Positions 28,019 through 38,638 of a stretch of DNA of 64,000 bases are shown here, piece by piece. This DNA comes from Acidobacteriota bacterium. Its GTDB lineage: Bacteria > Acidobacteriota > Thermoanaerobaculia > Multivoradales > UBA5704. The notes under the pieces are model-generated. The model saw nothing but the letters and a program-made list of their open reading frames with translations, was not told the DNA's origin and ran no database searches. The translations under genes were made by a program, and so were the position numbers. The stretch's first letter is position 1. Every line of letters begins with the position of its first letter. Location: assembly GCA_040005235.1 (NCBI GenBank), contig JBDTZG010000013.1, positions 45,048-109,047 on the forward strand. The letters are read 5' to 3'.

Positions 28019-28873
28019 ATGGTTCTACAACTGCGTCTCAGCCATATCTCGGTCTGTCTTCTGACGGGAGCCGCGTTCGCTCTCGGCACCCCGGTCCACG
28101 GAACCACTTTGACCCTCGCGAATCCGATCGTGGTGTTCGCCACCCCCGGCAGTAAGCAAGTTTCGCTCCAGACGTGCAACGCGGCGGGATGCGACACCGA
28201 GATGAAGACGGTCACGGTGCTCGATCCGGTTCCGTCGGTTCTATCCGCGCTCGCTAACCCCGGGACGGTGCAGACGGGCGAGCTGGTGCGGCTGATCGGC
28301 ACGGGCTCCGGCGCGCCGCCTCTCACCTATACCTGGAAGATCTTCTCGGGGCTCGACCTGGTGGCGACCTTGCCGGGGGCCACGGCCTGGTGGGACACGA
28401 CCGGCCAGGCGCCCGGGCTGTACACGGCGCAGCTTTCGATCGGCAACTCGTTCAGCACCGTGCCGTCGGCGATCCTGCCGTTGGTGGTCCAAGGGTACGT
28501 TCCGGCGAACTTCTTCACCCTTTCCCCCTGCCGGGTGCTCGATACCCGGAGCACGACGCCGCTGGTCTCAGGCCTCGCCCGGTCGATCGCGCTCGCCGCT
28601 GCGGCCTGCGGCGTTCCGGCGACCGCGAGGGCGATCTCGGCCAACCTGTCGGTGACGGCCCCCTCCGGCTCCGGCCTGGTCGTGCTCTATCCGGGCAACT
28701 ACCCGAAGCCGGGCACCCAATCGCTCAACTTCGGCTCCGGGCAGACGCGCACCAACAACATCGTGATCCAGCTCGCGTCGGACGGCACGGCGACCCTGAA
28801 CGCCGAGGCGACGATGACCGTCTCCGGCGGCACCGTCCAGTTCATCCTCGACGTCAACGGGTACTTCGAGTAG
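28019..28873 (+). CDS. Secreted PKD/Ig-like protein with C-terminal PCRVLDTR-type beta domain
   Basis: Signal peptide; GAPPLTYTW; FFTLSPCRVLDTR...FILDVNGYF. Confidence 0.75.
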   Translation: MVLQLRLSHISVCLLTGAAFALGTPVHGTTLTLANPIVVFATPGSKQVSLQTCNAAGCDTEMKTVTVLDPVPSVLSALANPGTVQTGELVRLIGTGSGAPPLTYTWKIFSGLDLVATLPGATAWWDTTGQAPGLYTAQLSIGNSFSTVPSAILPLVVQGYVPANFFTLSPCRVLDTRSTTPLVSGLARSIALAAAACGVPATARAISANLSVTAPSGSGLVVLYPGNYPKPGTQSLNFGSGQTRTNNIVIQLASDGTATLNAEATMTVSGGTVQFILDVNGYFE

Positions 28874-28904
28874 GGGCGAGGGCGGAACAGGTGGCGACCT
28901 GCGA

Positions 28905-29022
28905 ACCCAGGCCTCCAGCCTGGGCTAACGGGAGACGGCCTTTCAGGCCTAAGACAAAGACTGCTAAACGTTGCGGCGGCCCAAAGGGCCGCGTTACGTT
29001 AGCCCAGGCCAACGGCCTGGGT
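28905..29022. repeat. REP-like inverted repeat cluster between convergent genes
   Basis: CCCAGGCCTCCAGCCTGGGCTAACG...GGCCTTTCAGGCC and GGCCCAAAGGGCC...CGTTAGCCCAGGCCAACGGCCTGGG. Confidence 0.65.
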
Positions 29023-29027
29023 CGGAT

Positions 29028-29624
29028 TCAGGCCCGCGACAGCCGGTTCAAGCTCGCCCGCAGCAGGTCGTGGAACGCCGCGTCGGGGCGCTCTCGCCGC
29101 GCCTCGGCGACGGCTCGCTCGGCTTGGGGCGGTTTGTAGCCTAAGTTGACCAGGGCGGAGACGACGTCCGGGTCCGAGGTCGACGCCTTCGTGCTCGGCG
29201 GCAGCTCGGCCGCCAGCTCGCGCATTTTGTCCTTGAGCTCCAGGATCAGCCGTTCGGCGGTCTTCTTGCCGATCCCGGGGATGGTCGACAGGCGCCCAAG
29301 GTCGCCGCCCGCTAGCGCGGCGAGAAATTCGTCGGGCGGCATGCCGGAAAGGATCACCCGGGCGAGCTTGGGGCCGATGCCGGAAACCCCGATCAGCCGT
29401 TCGAAGATCCGCTTCTCCCGCTCGGTCCAGAAGCCGAACAGGGCGATGCCGTCCTCTCGCAGGTGGGTGTGGATGAACAGCCCGACGGGCTTGTCGCCGC
29501 CCTGCTTCTCGATCTCGTAAAACGTCGAGAGCGGGACGGCGACCTCGTAACCAACGCCTTGAACGTCGAGCAAAACCCGCTCGGGGCTCACGGTGAGCAG
29601 TGCGCCCCGAAGGTATCCGATCAT
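29028..29624 (-). CDS. ruvA: Holliday junction branch migration protein RuvA
   Basis: MIGYLRG, GVGYEV, VSGIGPK, IPGIGKKTAERLILELKDK, ALVNLGY. Confidence 0.97.
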   Translation of the reverse strand: MIGYLRGALLTVSPERVLLDVQGVGYEVAVPLSTFYEIEKQGGDKPVGLFIHTHLREDGIALFGFWTEREKRIFERLIGVSGIGPKLARVILSGMPPDEFLAALAGGDLGRLSTIPGIGKKTAERLILELKDKMRELAAELPPSTKASTSDPDVVSALVNLGYKPPQAERAVAEARRERPDAAFHDLLRASLNRLSRA

Positions 29625-29635
29625 GCCGGTCGAGC

Positions 29636-31600
29636 TCAGCTCTTCGAGGCCGCCGCCTGGTCGGGATCGATCCCCAGGCTTTGCAGGTAGCTGCGGCTGA
29701 AGTTGACGCCGATCTCCTGGCGCCTCTTGTCGATCAGCGCCTGGAGCAGGCGGATCGTCTTCTCGCGGCCGAGCGATTCGCGCGTCGCGTCCTTTTGCTT
29801 GGCGAATTCGACCGGGTCGAACGCCTTCTTCGACTTGAGCTGGAACAGCACCGCGCCTTGCGGGTCGGCGATCGGGCCGCCGGTCTGGCCGGGTTCGAGA
29901 GCGAGCGCGGCCTTGTTCAGCTGCGGGTTGTTGCCCAGGCCGGGGATGGCGCCGGTCGCTCCGAACTCGGGCGAATCGACGACTTTGAGGTTGAGGCCCG
30001 CCGCCACCTGATCGAGAGTCTCGCCGCCGCCGAGCTTCTGCTTGGCGCGCGTCAGCTCTTCGACCGCCATCCGGCTCTGCTTTTCGCGCGCGGCGGCCAG
30101 CCGGATCTTCGGCTCGACCTCGGCCAGCTCCGGCAGCTTCGGGGGCAGGACGTCCTTGACGTACGCGATCACCCAGCCGCGCGGCACTTGAAGGGCCGGC
30201 GTGACGCCTCCCTTGGCGAGCGAAAACACAGAGCTGGCCAGCTCCGGCGCGAGCCCCAGGCCGGGGATCGGCTCTTGGCGTCCGAAGCGGGACGAAGCCG
30301 TGTAGGTGAGCGAGGCGTCCTGGCGCGCCAGGTCGTCGAGCGCTTCTGGACCTTTCGGCTTGTCCTTGGTCAGCCGCTCCGCGAGCCGCTTCGCCTTGGC
30401 TTCGCTTTCGGTCTTCGAACGGTCGCCGGAGAGCTGGAAGACGATCTGCGATTTCACCTCGGCCAGCGGGGTAGTTCCCCCTTCGCGGCGCCCTTCGACC
30501 TGGATCAGGTGATAGCCGAACTGGCTGCGGACAGGCCCCACGACCTGGCCCTCCGCGCCGGAGAACGCGGCCTCGCTGAATTTGGGGTCCATCCGCTCCT
30601 TCGGAAACCAGCCCAGCTCGCCCCCTTGGGCTTTCGAGCCGGTGTCCTCGGAGATCTCCTGGGCGACTTTCCCGAAGTCGGCGCCGCCCTTGATGCGCGC
30701 TTGGGCGGCATCGATCTTCGCCTTGGCCGCCGCCTCGTTCTGCTGATCGTTGACCATGGCCAGGATGTGGCGCGCCCGGACCTCGGCCTCGTGCGAGTAG
30801 TCGGCCAGATGGGCGTCGTAATAGGTCTTGACGTCGGCGTCGGAGACCTGTGCCTGGCCCATCATCTTGCCGTCGTCGACCAACAGGAAGGCGATGTCGC
30901 GCTGCTCGGGCAGGCGGTACTCCTCCTTGTGCGCGGCAAAATAGCTCGCCACCTCGGGCGTAGGAAGCTCTTCGCCCTGGAGGTACCGGTTGCTCGGCAT
31001 CAGCACGTAGCGGATTTGCGCCTTTTCGGTCTGCTCGCGATAAGACTGCTCCAGCTCCGCGTCCGAAATGTAGATCGTGCCGCGGAGCACCTGGTTCAGC
31101 CGCTCCAGAGCGATCTGATCGCGGGCCATCCGCTCGAAATCGGACGGGGTCATCCGGTAGCCGCGGCGGATGACGTTAGCGTAGGCGTCGGAACCGACGA
31201 AATTGCCCTTGTCGTCCTTCATGCCCGGGATCGAAAGGATCGCCTTCTGCAGATCCTGGTCGGTCGGGGCGAGGCCCATGCGCTTGGCTTCGGCGAGCAG
31301 CACTTTTTGGTTGACCGCGCCGTTCAAGGCTTGGAGCGGCAGACCCAACTGATCCGCGAGCTCGGAGCTGAACTGGTCGCCGTAGATCTGCCGGTACTGG
31401 CCTTCGAGCAGGTCGAATTGCCGCTTCACCTCGGCGCGGGTGACGTGCTCGCCGCCGACGGTCGCCGCGGCCGCCTCGTCCGACGCGCCGGAAGAGGGCA
31501 CGCGGCCAAAGTCCAGGAAGATCGCAAGGACGAAGACGATCACGATCAACCAGAGAATCCAGCTCAGGTATTTGATGTTCTCTCGCAAAACTTTAAGCAT
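29636..31600 (-). CDS. SurA N-terminal domain / parvulin PPIase (PpiD-like)
   Basis: N-terminal TM, SurA_N region, VRARHIL, GGELGWF, SQFGYHLIQV. Confidence 0.9.
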   Translation of the reverse strand: MLKVLRENIKYLSWILWLIVIVFVLAIFLDFGRVPSSGASDEAAAATVGGEHVTRAEVKRQFDLLEGQYRQIYGDQFSSELADQLGLPLQALNGAVNQKVLLAEAKRMGLAPTDQDLQKAILSIPGMKDDKGNFVGSDAYANVIRRGYRMTPSDFERMARDQIALERLNQVLRGTIYISDAELEQSYREQTEKAQIRYVLMPSNRYLQGEELPTPEVASYFAAHKEEYRLPEQRDIAFLLVDDGKMMGQAQVSDADVKTYYDAHLADYSHEAEVRARHILAMVNDQQNEAAAKAKIDAAQARIKGGADFGKVAQEISEDTGSKAQGGELGWFPKERMDPKFSEAAFSGAEGQVVGPVRSQFGYHLIQVEGRREGGTTPLAEVKSQIVFQLSGDRSKTESEAKAKRLAERLTKDKPKGPEALDDLARQDASLTYTASSRFGRQEPIPGLGLAPELASSVFSLAKGGVTPALQVPRGWVIAYVKDVLPPKLPELAEVEPKIRLAAAREKQSRMAVEELTRAKQKLGGGETLDQVAAGLNLKVVDSPEFGATGAIPGLGNNPQLNKAALALEPGQTGGPIADPQGAVLFQLKSKKAFDPVEFAKQKDATRESLGREKTIRLLQALIDKRRQEIGVNFSRSYLQSLGIDPDQAAASKS

Positions 31601-31704
31601 CTGCTACTCCTTGGGCTCGACCGCGGAAACCGCCGAACTGTAGCAGCGCCCCTCTGGTGTTTCAACCCGTGGTAAATTCTCTCCCTCGGATCGAGGAGTT
31701 TTAC

Positions 31705-33171
31705 GTGGCTGGCCGCCTGAAAGACCCCCGGCGCAATTGGTACAGCATCTCCGTCGACACCCTCCGGACCTTGGGCGTGTTGATCGTCGCGGCCGGCCTG
31801 CTGGCCGTGGGCGCCCGCTATTTCCACCAGTGGGAGCAGAAAGCCTTGGCGCGCGAGGCCAGCCGCGTGATCGACGAAGCGCGCGGCAAGCTCGACTCCG
31901 CCGAGCCGCTCGCGGGAGCGGCCCAACGCAAAGTGCTGGAGGAGGCGAGGGGCGAGATCGGCGCGGCCGAGGCGGCCTACGCGCAGGCGAGCTACCGGGT
32001 CGCGATCGAAAACGCCCGCCGGGCGCGTCAGGCCCTCGGCGCCATGGCAGGGGGGGACGCGGGCTCCGGCAAAGGCGCGGCGAACTTCGTTACGGTCCAA
32101 GGGACGGTCGAGTACCGCCGCGGCGAGGATGGCGACTGGCAGCCGGCCAAGAGCCGCATCTCTCTCGAACCCGGCGATTACGTCCGCACCTCCTCGGGCT
32201 CGGCCGAGATCGTGTTCGCCGACGGAAGCCTGTACACCGTTCGCGCCAACACCCAGTTCATCGTCGCCTCGGTGCGCGGAGCGGACGGCGGCGAGGGGCA
32301 GTCGATCCGCATGGACTATGGCTGGGTCGACCTTTCTACGCGCGCCAAACCGATCCAGGTGGCCACCCCGGGGGCGGAAGCCCACGTGCGCGAAAGCTCC
32401 GAAGCGTTCGTCTCCTACGACCGGACGGCGGGGCAGGGCCGTTTCGGCGCGGTGCGCGGCGGGCTCGACCTCGCGTCTTCGAGCGGCTTGAAACGCAGCG
32501 TCGGCGCGCTGGAGCAGGTGACGCAGTCCGGCGGGCAGCTCTCGGCGTCCGAGCGCCTGCCGGGCGCGCCGCGCTTGAGCGAACCGGCGGACCAGGCGGA
32601 GGTCGACTTCGATCCCGCCCCCGATCGACGCGCCGCAGGCCGGCTGTCGCTCGGTTGGGAACCGGTTTCGGGCGCGGCGCGCTATGCCCTTCAGGTCGGG
32701 CGCAATCATCTGTTCGTCGACAACGTGATCGACGTCGCCTCGCGGACCAAGGCCACGGCCACCCTGGGGTTGCGCGGCGAGGGAAGCTTCGTTTGGCGCG
32801 TCGCCGCGATCGATCGCGAAGGCGTGCAGGGGCCATGGAGCGAGCCGCGCAAGTTTCGCGTCGCGGCGATCTCGGGTTCCGGCGGAGGGGGTTCGGCCGA
32901 CGGCGCGGCGGCTTCGCGCGACAAAACACCGCCCCAGCTTGACCTCGAAGACGTCAAACCGTACGGTACGGTGCTGATCGTCGGTGGCAAGACCGAGCCG
33001 GGCGCGCGGGTTTCGATCAACGGCGAACCGGTGGAGGTCGATCTCGACGGCTCGTTCAACAAAGCGATTCAAATGAATCGCGAAGGATGGAGCACCCTTG
33101 AGATCCGCGCAGTGGACTCGGACGGCAATCCGAACGTCGTCCATCGCAAGGTTTTCGTCGGCGCCGCATAA
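31705..33171 (+). CDS. Membrane-anchored FecR-domain protein with Fn3/Ig-like domains
   Basis: GTG start with RBS GAGGAG; TM helix; LEPGDYVRTSSGSAEIVFADGS (FecR); WRVAAID..GPWS (Fn3); GKTEPGARVSING (Ig). Confidence 0.75.
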   Translation: MAGRLKDPRRNWYSISVDTLRTLGVLIVAAGLLAVGARYFHQWEQKALAREASRVIDEARGKLDSAEPLAGAAQRKVLEEARGEIGAAEAAYAQASYRVAIENARRARQALGAMAGGDAGSGKGAANFVTVQGTVEYRRGEDGDWQPAKSRISLEPGDYVRTSSGSAEIVFADGSLYTVRANTQFIVASVRGADGGEGQSIRMDYGWVDLSTRAKPIQVATPGAEAHVRESSEAFVSYDRTAGQGRFGAVRGGLDLASSSGLKRSVGALEQVTQSGGQLSASERLPGAPRLSEPADQAEVDFDPAPDRRAAGRLSLGWEPVSGAARYALQVGRNHLFVDNVIDVASRTKATATLGLRGEGSFVWRVAAIDREGVQGPWSEPRKFRVAAISGSGGGGSADGAAASRDKTPPQLDLEDVKPYGTVLIVGGKTEPGARVSINGEPVEVDLDGSFNKAIQMNREGWSTLEIRAVDSDGNPNVVHRKVFVGAA

Positions 33172-34254
<1,083 letters not shown>

Positions 34255-34302
34255 CGTCCTCCCGGCTCGGGACGGACGGCTGGGTGAGCTAGGGCGACAA
34301 GC

Positions 34303-35148
34303 GTGGACGAGAGGCGTGCCGGCTGGCTGTTGCTCGTCACCCTGGTGGCGCAGCTTGCCCTGCTCGGACTTCAGGTGCCGGGGGCGGGAGGCAAAGGAAC
34401 CTACCTGGGGGTGCTCGGGTTGCGGCTGATCGGACCGTTCGCCCGCGGCATCACAGGCGCCTCGCGGACGATCGGCGACTCGACCGAGAACCTGCGCTTC
34501 CAGCGCCACCTGGTCGAGGAAAACCGCCGCCTGCATCGCGAGGTGGAGGATCTGCATCTGCGTCTCTTGCAATTCGAGGACGTGCGGAGCGAAGCCGCCC
34601 GGCTGGCCGCGGCATTGCGCTACGCGCCGCCACCGATCGGCGATTTGCGCGCGGCCGACGTGGTCTATCTCGATTTTTCCTCCTGGCTCACGACCCTGGT
34701 GATTTACGCCGGGGGGCAGCCGGTCCGGCTCGACCAGGTGGTGCTCGCGCCGACCGGGCTGATCGGCCGGGTGGTGGAAGTCGCACCGCCCTACGCCAAG
34801 GTGCAATTGCTCACCGACCGATCGGCGAGCGTCGGCGCCCTGATCGTCCGCACCCGCCGGCAAGGTGTCCTGCGCGGGGGGGGCAGCGGCACCCTCGACC
34901 TCGAATACATCCCGATCCAGGCCGACGTCCGGGCGGGCGACCGGGTGCTCACCGCCGGGATCGACGGGATCTTCCCGCGCGGCATCCCGGTGGGCACGGT
35001 GGTCTCGGTCAAAGAGCTGGGCCAGCTGTTCCACGAGATCCGGGTGGCCCCTGCGGTCGATCTGCGGACCCTCGACCAGGTCTACCTGCTCGACTGGAAG
35101 CCGGTGCCCAAGGCTCTCGAGGAGGCCGCCGCCGATGGCCGCCATTAA
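34303..35148 (+). CDS. mreC: Rod shape-determining protein MreC
   Basis: Coiled coil EENRRL, GLIGRVVEV, GDRVLTAG...FPRGIPVG; operon position. Confidence 0.95.
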   Translation: MDERRAGWLLLVTLVAQLALLGLQVPGAGGKGTYLGVLGLRLIGPFARGITGASRTIGDSTENLRFQRHLVEENRRLHREVEDLHLRLLQFEDVRSEAARLAAALRYAPPPIGDLRAADVVYLDFSSWLTTLVIYAGGQPVRLDQVVLAPTGLIGRVVEVAPPYAKVQLLTDRSASVGALIVRTRRQGVLRGGGSGTLDLEYIPIQADVRAGDRVLTAGIDGIFPRGIPVGTVVSVKELGQLFHEIRVAPAVDLRTLDQVYLLDWKPVPKALEEAAADGRH

Positions 35149-35659
35149 ATACCTCGCCGCGCTCGGCGCGGCCCTGCTGCTGCACCTGATCGGCGCCCGG
35201 ATTCATCCCAACCTGCCGCAGGCGATCGACTGGTTCCTGCCCGTGCTGGTGCTGCTCGCGCTCTCCGGTTCGTCGTTTGCCGGAATCTCCGGAGGGCTTG
35301 CCGCCGGGCTGCTTCAGGACGGCCTGACCGGCGGGCTCTACGGTCTGCACGGCTTCGCCGATACCCTCGTGGGCTACGCCACCGCCCGCCTGGCCCAGCG
35401 CCTGGTGATACAGCGCGCGGTCGGGGTGTTCGCGATCGCGAGCTTCGCCTCCGCCCTCCAGCAGGTCATTCTGATCGCCCTTTCGCTTTTCCTGCTCCCC
35501 CAGGCGAGCGTGCCCGAGCCGTTCTGGGTCGTCGTGCGCGCTCTTACCACCGGCCTGGTCGGAATGCTGATCTACTCCGGTTCCGACCGCTTCCGCAAAG
35601 CGGCCGAAAGCCACCGCAAACAGCGCCTCTCCCGTTTACGCATGGACGCCCAGCCATGA
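35135..35659 (+). CDS. mreD: Rod shape-determining protein MreD
   Basis: Hydrophobic 174 aa, GLLQDGLTGGLYG; between mreC and mrdA. Confidence 0.88.
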   Translation: MAAIKYLAALGAALLLHLIGARIHPNLPQAIDWFLPVLVLLALSGSSFAGISGGLAAGLLQDGLTGGLYGLHGFADTLVGYATARLAQRLVIQRAVGVFAIASFASALQQVILIALSLFLLPQASVPEPFWVVVRALTTGLVGMLIYSGSDRFRKAAESHRKQRLSRLRMDAQP

Positions 35660-37452
35660 AGATCGTCCGCGAATTACGCCAAGACCTGATCGGCCGGATC
35701 TGGCTGCTGAACGCCCTGGTCACCGGTTTGCTGGTGGCGATCGCCTGCGCCTATTGGTCCGCCCAGATCGTCGAAGGGGAGCACTACCGCGAGCTGGCCG
35801 AGAACAACCGGCTCCGCAAACTGCCGATCAAAGCGCCGCGCGGCCTGATCTACGACCGCAACGGTCAGCTGCTGGTGGAAAACATCCCGAGCTACAACCT
35901 GCTGGTCGACCGCAGCCGGAGTCTCGACCTGAGCAAGGCGATCGCCTTCGTGGCGGGCGTGATCGGCCGGCCGGTTCCTGAGCTGGCGGCGATCCTCGAA
36001 CGCGTGCGCTCGACCCCGGACTTCAAGCCGGTCCTCCTGGCCGAGCATCTGACGCTCGAACAGGTGGCGGAGGTCTCGGCGCGTGGGCGCGAATACCCCG
36101 AGTTCGAGGTCGAGGTGCAAAACCTCCGCCTCTATCGTCACGGACCGCAGACCGCCCACCTCCTCGGCTATCTGGGCGAGGTGACTCAAGCGGAAGTCGA
36201 TCGCTCCGACGGCGCCTACGCGGTGGGCGATCTGGTCGGCAAGCGCGGCATCGAGCAGGTGTTCGACAAAGTCCTCCGCGGGCGCGACGGCGAGCGGGTA
36301 GTGGTCGTGGACAGCCGCGGCAAGCTGCTCGACGAATACGGCCGGACGCCCGTCGAAGCCGGCCGGCCGCTCCGTCTGACGCTCGATCTGGATCTCCAGC
36401 AAGAGGCGATCCGGCAATTCGAAGGGGCCGAAGCCGTCGGGTCGGTGGTTGCATTAGATCCGCGCAACGGCGAAATCCTCGCGCTCGTCTCGGCCCCGTC
36501 CTACGACCCCAACCTGTTCGCCCGCCGGCTCGGCCAGGAGGAGTGGAACGCGCTGATCGGCGCGCCCCACGACCCGATGCGCGACCGGGCGATCCAGAAC
36601 ACCTACTCTCCCGGCTCGGTGTTCAAGATCATGATGGCCGCGGCCGGCCTCGCCGAGGGGATCGTCAACGAGAGCGATTCGGTCTGGTGCGACGGTTCGG
36701 CGAGCATCTACGGCCACCGCTTCCGCTGCTGGAGCAAAGGGGGGCACGGCCGGGTCGACCTCCACGACGCGCTGGAGCACTCGTGCGACGTCTACTTCTA
36801 CCATCTGGGCCAGCGGCTGGGAATCGATCGGATCGCCCGCTACGCGCGGATGTTCGGGCTCGGTTCGAAGACCGGCATCGAGCTGCGCGGCGAAAACGCC
36901 GGGCTGGTGCCCGATCCGGCCTGGAGCCTCGCGGCGCGCAAGCATCCTTGGTATCTGGGCGAGACGATCTCGGTCGCGATCGGCCAGGGCCCCGTCCTCA
37001 CCTCGCCGCTCCAGATCGCCGCGGTGACCGCTTTGATCGCCAACGGCGGCCGGCCGATCCGGCCCCATCTGATCCAAGGCGAGGAGGTCGAAGCGCCCGG
37101 CGCCGACCGGCCGCCGCTGCCGCCCCGCGCGCTCGAAGCGGTGCGCGAAGGAATGGATGCGGTGGTCAACGATCCCGGCGGAACGGCCCGCACCGCCCGT
37201 CTTCCCAACGTGCGCGTGGCGGGCAAGACCGGCACCGTGCAGGTCATCGGCCAGGCCTCGCGGACCAATCCCAACTCTCTGCCGTTCCGTTTCCGCGACC
37301 ACGGCTGGTTCACCTCGTTCGCTCCGGTCGATCATCCCGAGATCGTGGTCGTCGCCTTCGTCGAGCATGGCGGCTCGGGCTCGAAGGCGGCGGCGCCGAT
37401 CGCAAAGGCTGTCCTTGCCAAATATTTCTCGACCGCTAAACAGCGCCGCTAG
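35656..37452 (+). CDS. mrdA: Penicillin-binding protein 2
   Basis: APRGLIYDRNG, PGSVFK (SxxK), SCD, KTG motifs. Confidence 0.96.
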   Translation: MKIVRELRQDLIGRIWLLNALVTGLLVAIACAYWSAQIVEGEHYRELAENNRLRKLPIKAPRGLIYDRNGQLLVENIPSYNLLVDRSRSLDLSKAIAFVAGVIGRPVPELAAILERVRSTPDFKPVLLAEHLTLEQVAEVSARGREYPEFEVEVQNLRLYRHGPQTAHLLGYLGEVTQAEVDRSDGAYAVGDLVGKRGIEQVFDKVLRGRDGERVVVVDSRGKLLDEYGRTPVEAGRPLRLTLDLDLQQEAIRQFEGAEAVGSVVALDPRNGEILALVSAPSYDPNLFARRLGQEEWNALIGAPHDPMRDRAIQNTYSPGSVFKIMMAAAGLAEGIVNESDSVWCDGSASIYGHRFRCWSKGGHGRVDLHDALEHSCDVYFYHLGQRLGIDRIARYARMFGLGSKTGIELRGENAGLVPDPAWSLAARKHPWYLGETISVAIGQGPVLTSPLQIAAVTALIANGGRPIRPHLIQGEEVEAPGADRPPLPPRALEAVREGMDAVVNDPGGTARTARLPNVRVAGKTGTVQVIGQASRTNPNSLPFRFRDHGWFTSFAPVDHPEIVVVAFVEHGGSGSKAAAPIAKAVLAKYFSTAKQRR

Positions 37453-38554
37453 CCCTGAAGAGCGGCAGCCGCTCGCCCACCTGGCGGCGATCGACGGCGG
37501 CCTCGCGTTCGCGGCGCTCCTGCTCGCGGCGGTGGGCCTCGCCACCGTTCACAGCGCAAGCTCCGAGCTGGCCGTCGACTATCTGCCGCGCCAGGCGGTC
37601 TGGGTGGGGATCGGCCTGGTCCTGCTGCTCGCCGCCATGAGCCTCGACTACCGGGTTCTGCTCGACCTGTCGCCCACGCTCTACCTCGGGAGTCTGGTTC
37701 TGCTCGGCTTGGTCCTGGTGCTCGGCGAGGTGCGCGGCGGGGCGCGCAGCTGGTTCGTCCTCGGTCCCTGGCAGTTCCAACCCTCGGAGCTGGCCAAATT
37801 GGCCACCACCCTTTTCGTGGCCCGCTTCTTGTCCGAAATCGATCAGCCGGTGCTCTCGCTGCGCCAGATCGCGACCGCGGTCGGGATCGTCGCGGCCCCG
37901 ATGCTCCTGATCGTGGTCGAGCCCGACATGGGGGGCGCCGCGATGTTCGTCCCGCTGCTCGCCGGGATGCTGTTGATCGCCGGGGTCAAGCTGCGCTACC
38001 TGGTGATTGCCGCGATCCTTGCAACCAGCGTCGGCTTCGGCCTCTGGACCTTCGGCATGCAGGAGTATCAGCGCGAGCGGGTGATCACGTTCCTCCAGCC
38101 GGAGCGCGATCCGCTCGGCTCGGGGTACCACGTCCGGCAAAGCAAGATCGCGGTCGGCTCGGGCCAGCTGGTCGGCAAGGGATACATGCAGGGCACCCAG
38201 AGCCAGCTGCGGTTTCTGCCCGCGCGCCACACCGACTTCATCCTCGCCGTGCTCGCCGAAGAGTGGGGGTTCTTAGGGGTGGCGACCGTCCTCGGCCTCT
38301 ATGCCCTCTACATAAGAAGCGGGGCGCGCATCGCCATGAGGGCGCGCGACCGGTCGGGCATTCTGGTGGTCGTCGGCCTGCTCTCGGTGTTCTGTTTCCA
38401 CGTCCTCTACAACTCCGCCATGGTGGTTGGGTTCTTGCCGATCACCGGGATTCCCCTCCCCTTCCTGTCCTATGGCGGCACCTTCATGCTCTACAACTTC
38501 ACCGCCACCGGAATCATCCTCGGCGTCGATCTGCGCCGCTACGTGAACCGGTGA
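37415..38554 (+). CDS. rodA: Rod shape-determining protein RodA (SEDS family)
   Basis: GARSW, FQPSELAK, EPDMG, HTDFI, EEWG, TGIPLPFLSYGG; start uncertain. Confidence 0.93.
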   Translation: MPNISRPLNSAASPEERQPLAHLAAIDGGLAFAALLLAAVGLATVHSASSELAVDYLPRQAVWVGIGLVLLLAAMSLDYRVLLDLSPTLYLGSLVLLGLVLVLGEVRGGARSWFVLGPWQFQPSELAKLATTLFVARFLSEIDQPVLSLRQIATAVGIVAAPMLLIVVEPDMGGAAMFVPLLAGMLLIAGVKLRYLVIAAILATSVGFGLWTFGMQEYQRERVITFLQPERDPLGSGYHVRQSKIAVGSGQLVGKGYMQGTQSQLRFLPARHTDFILAVLAEEWGFLGVATVLGLYALYIRSGARIAMRARDRSGILVVVGLLSVFCFHVLYNSAMVVGFLPITGIPLPFLSYGGTFMLYNFTATGIILGVDLRRYVNR

Positions 38555-38638
38555 GCCGTCCCGCTCGCCGCGGGCCGACCGCCCCCGTGAAGGCGGGAAA
38601 TGCGCAATTCCGCGTTCGTCCCTCATAATTCACCGCCC

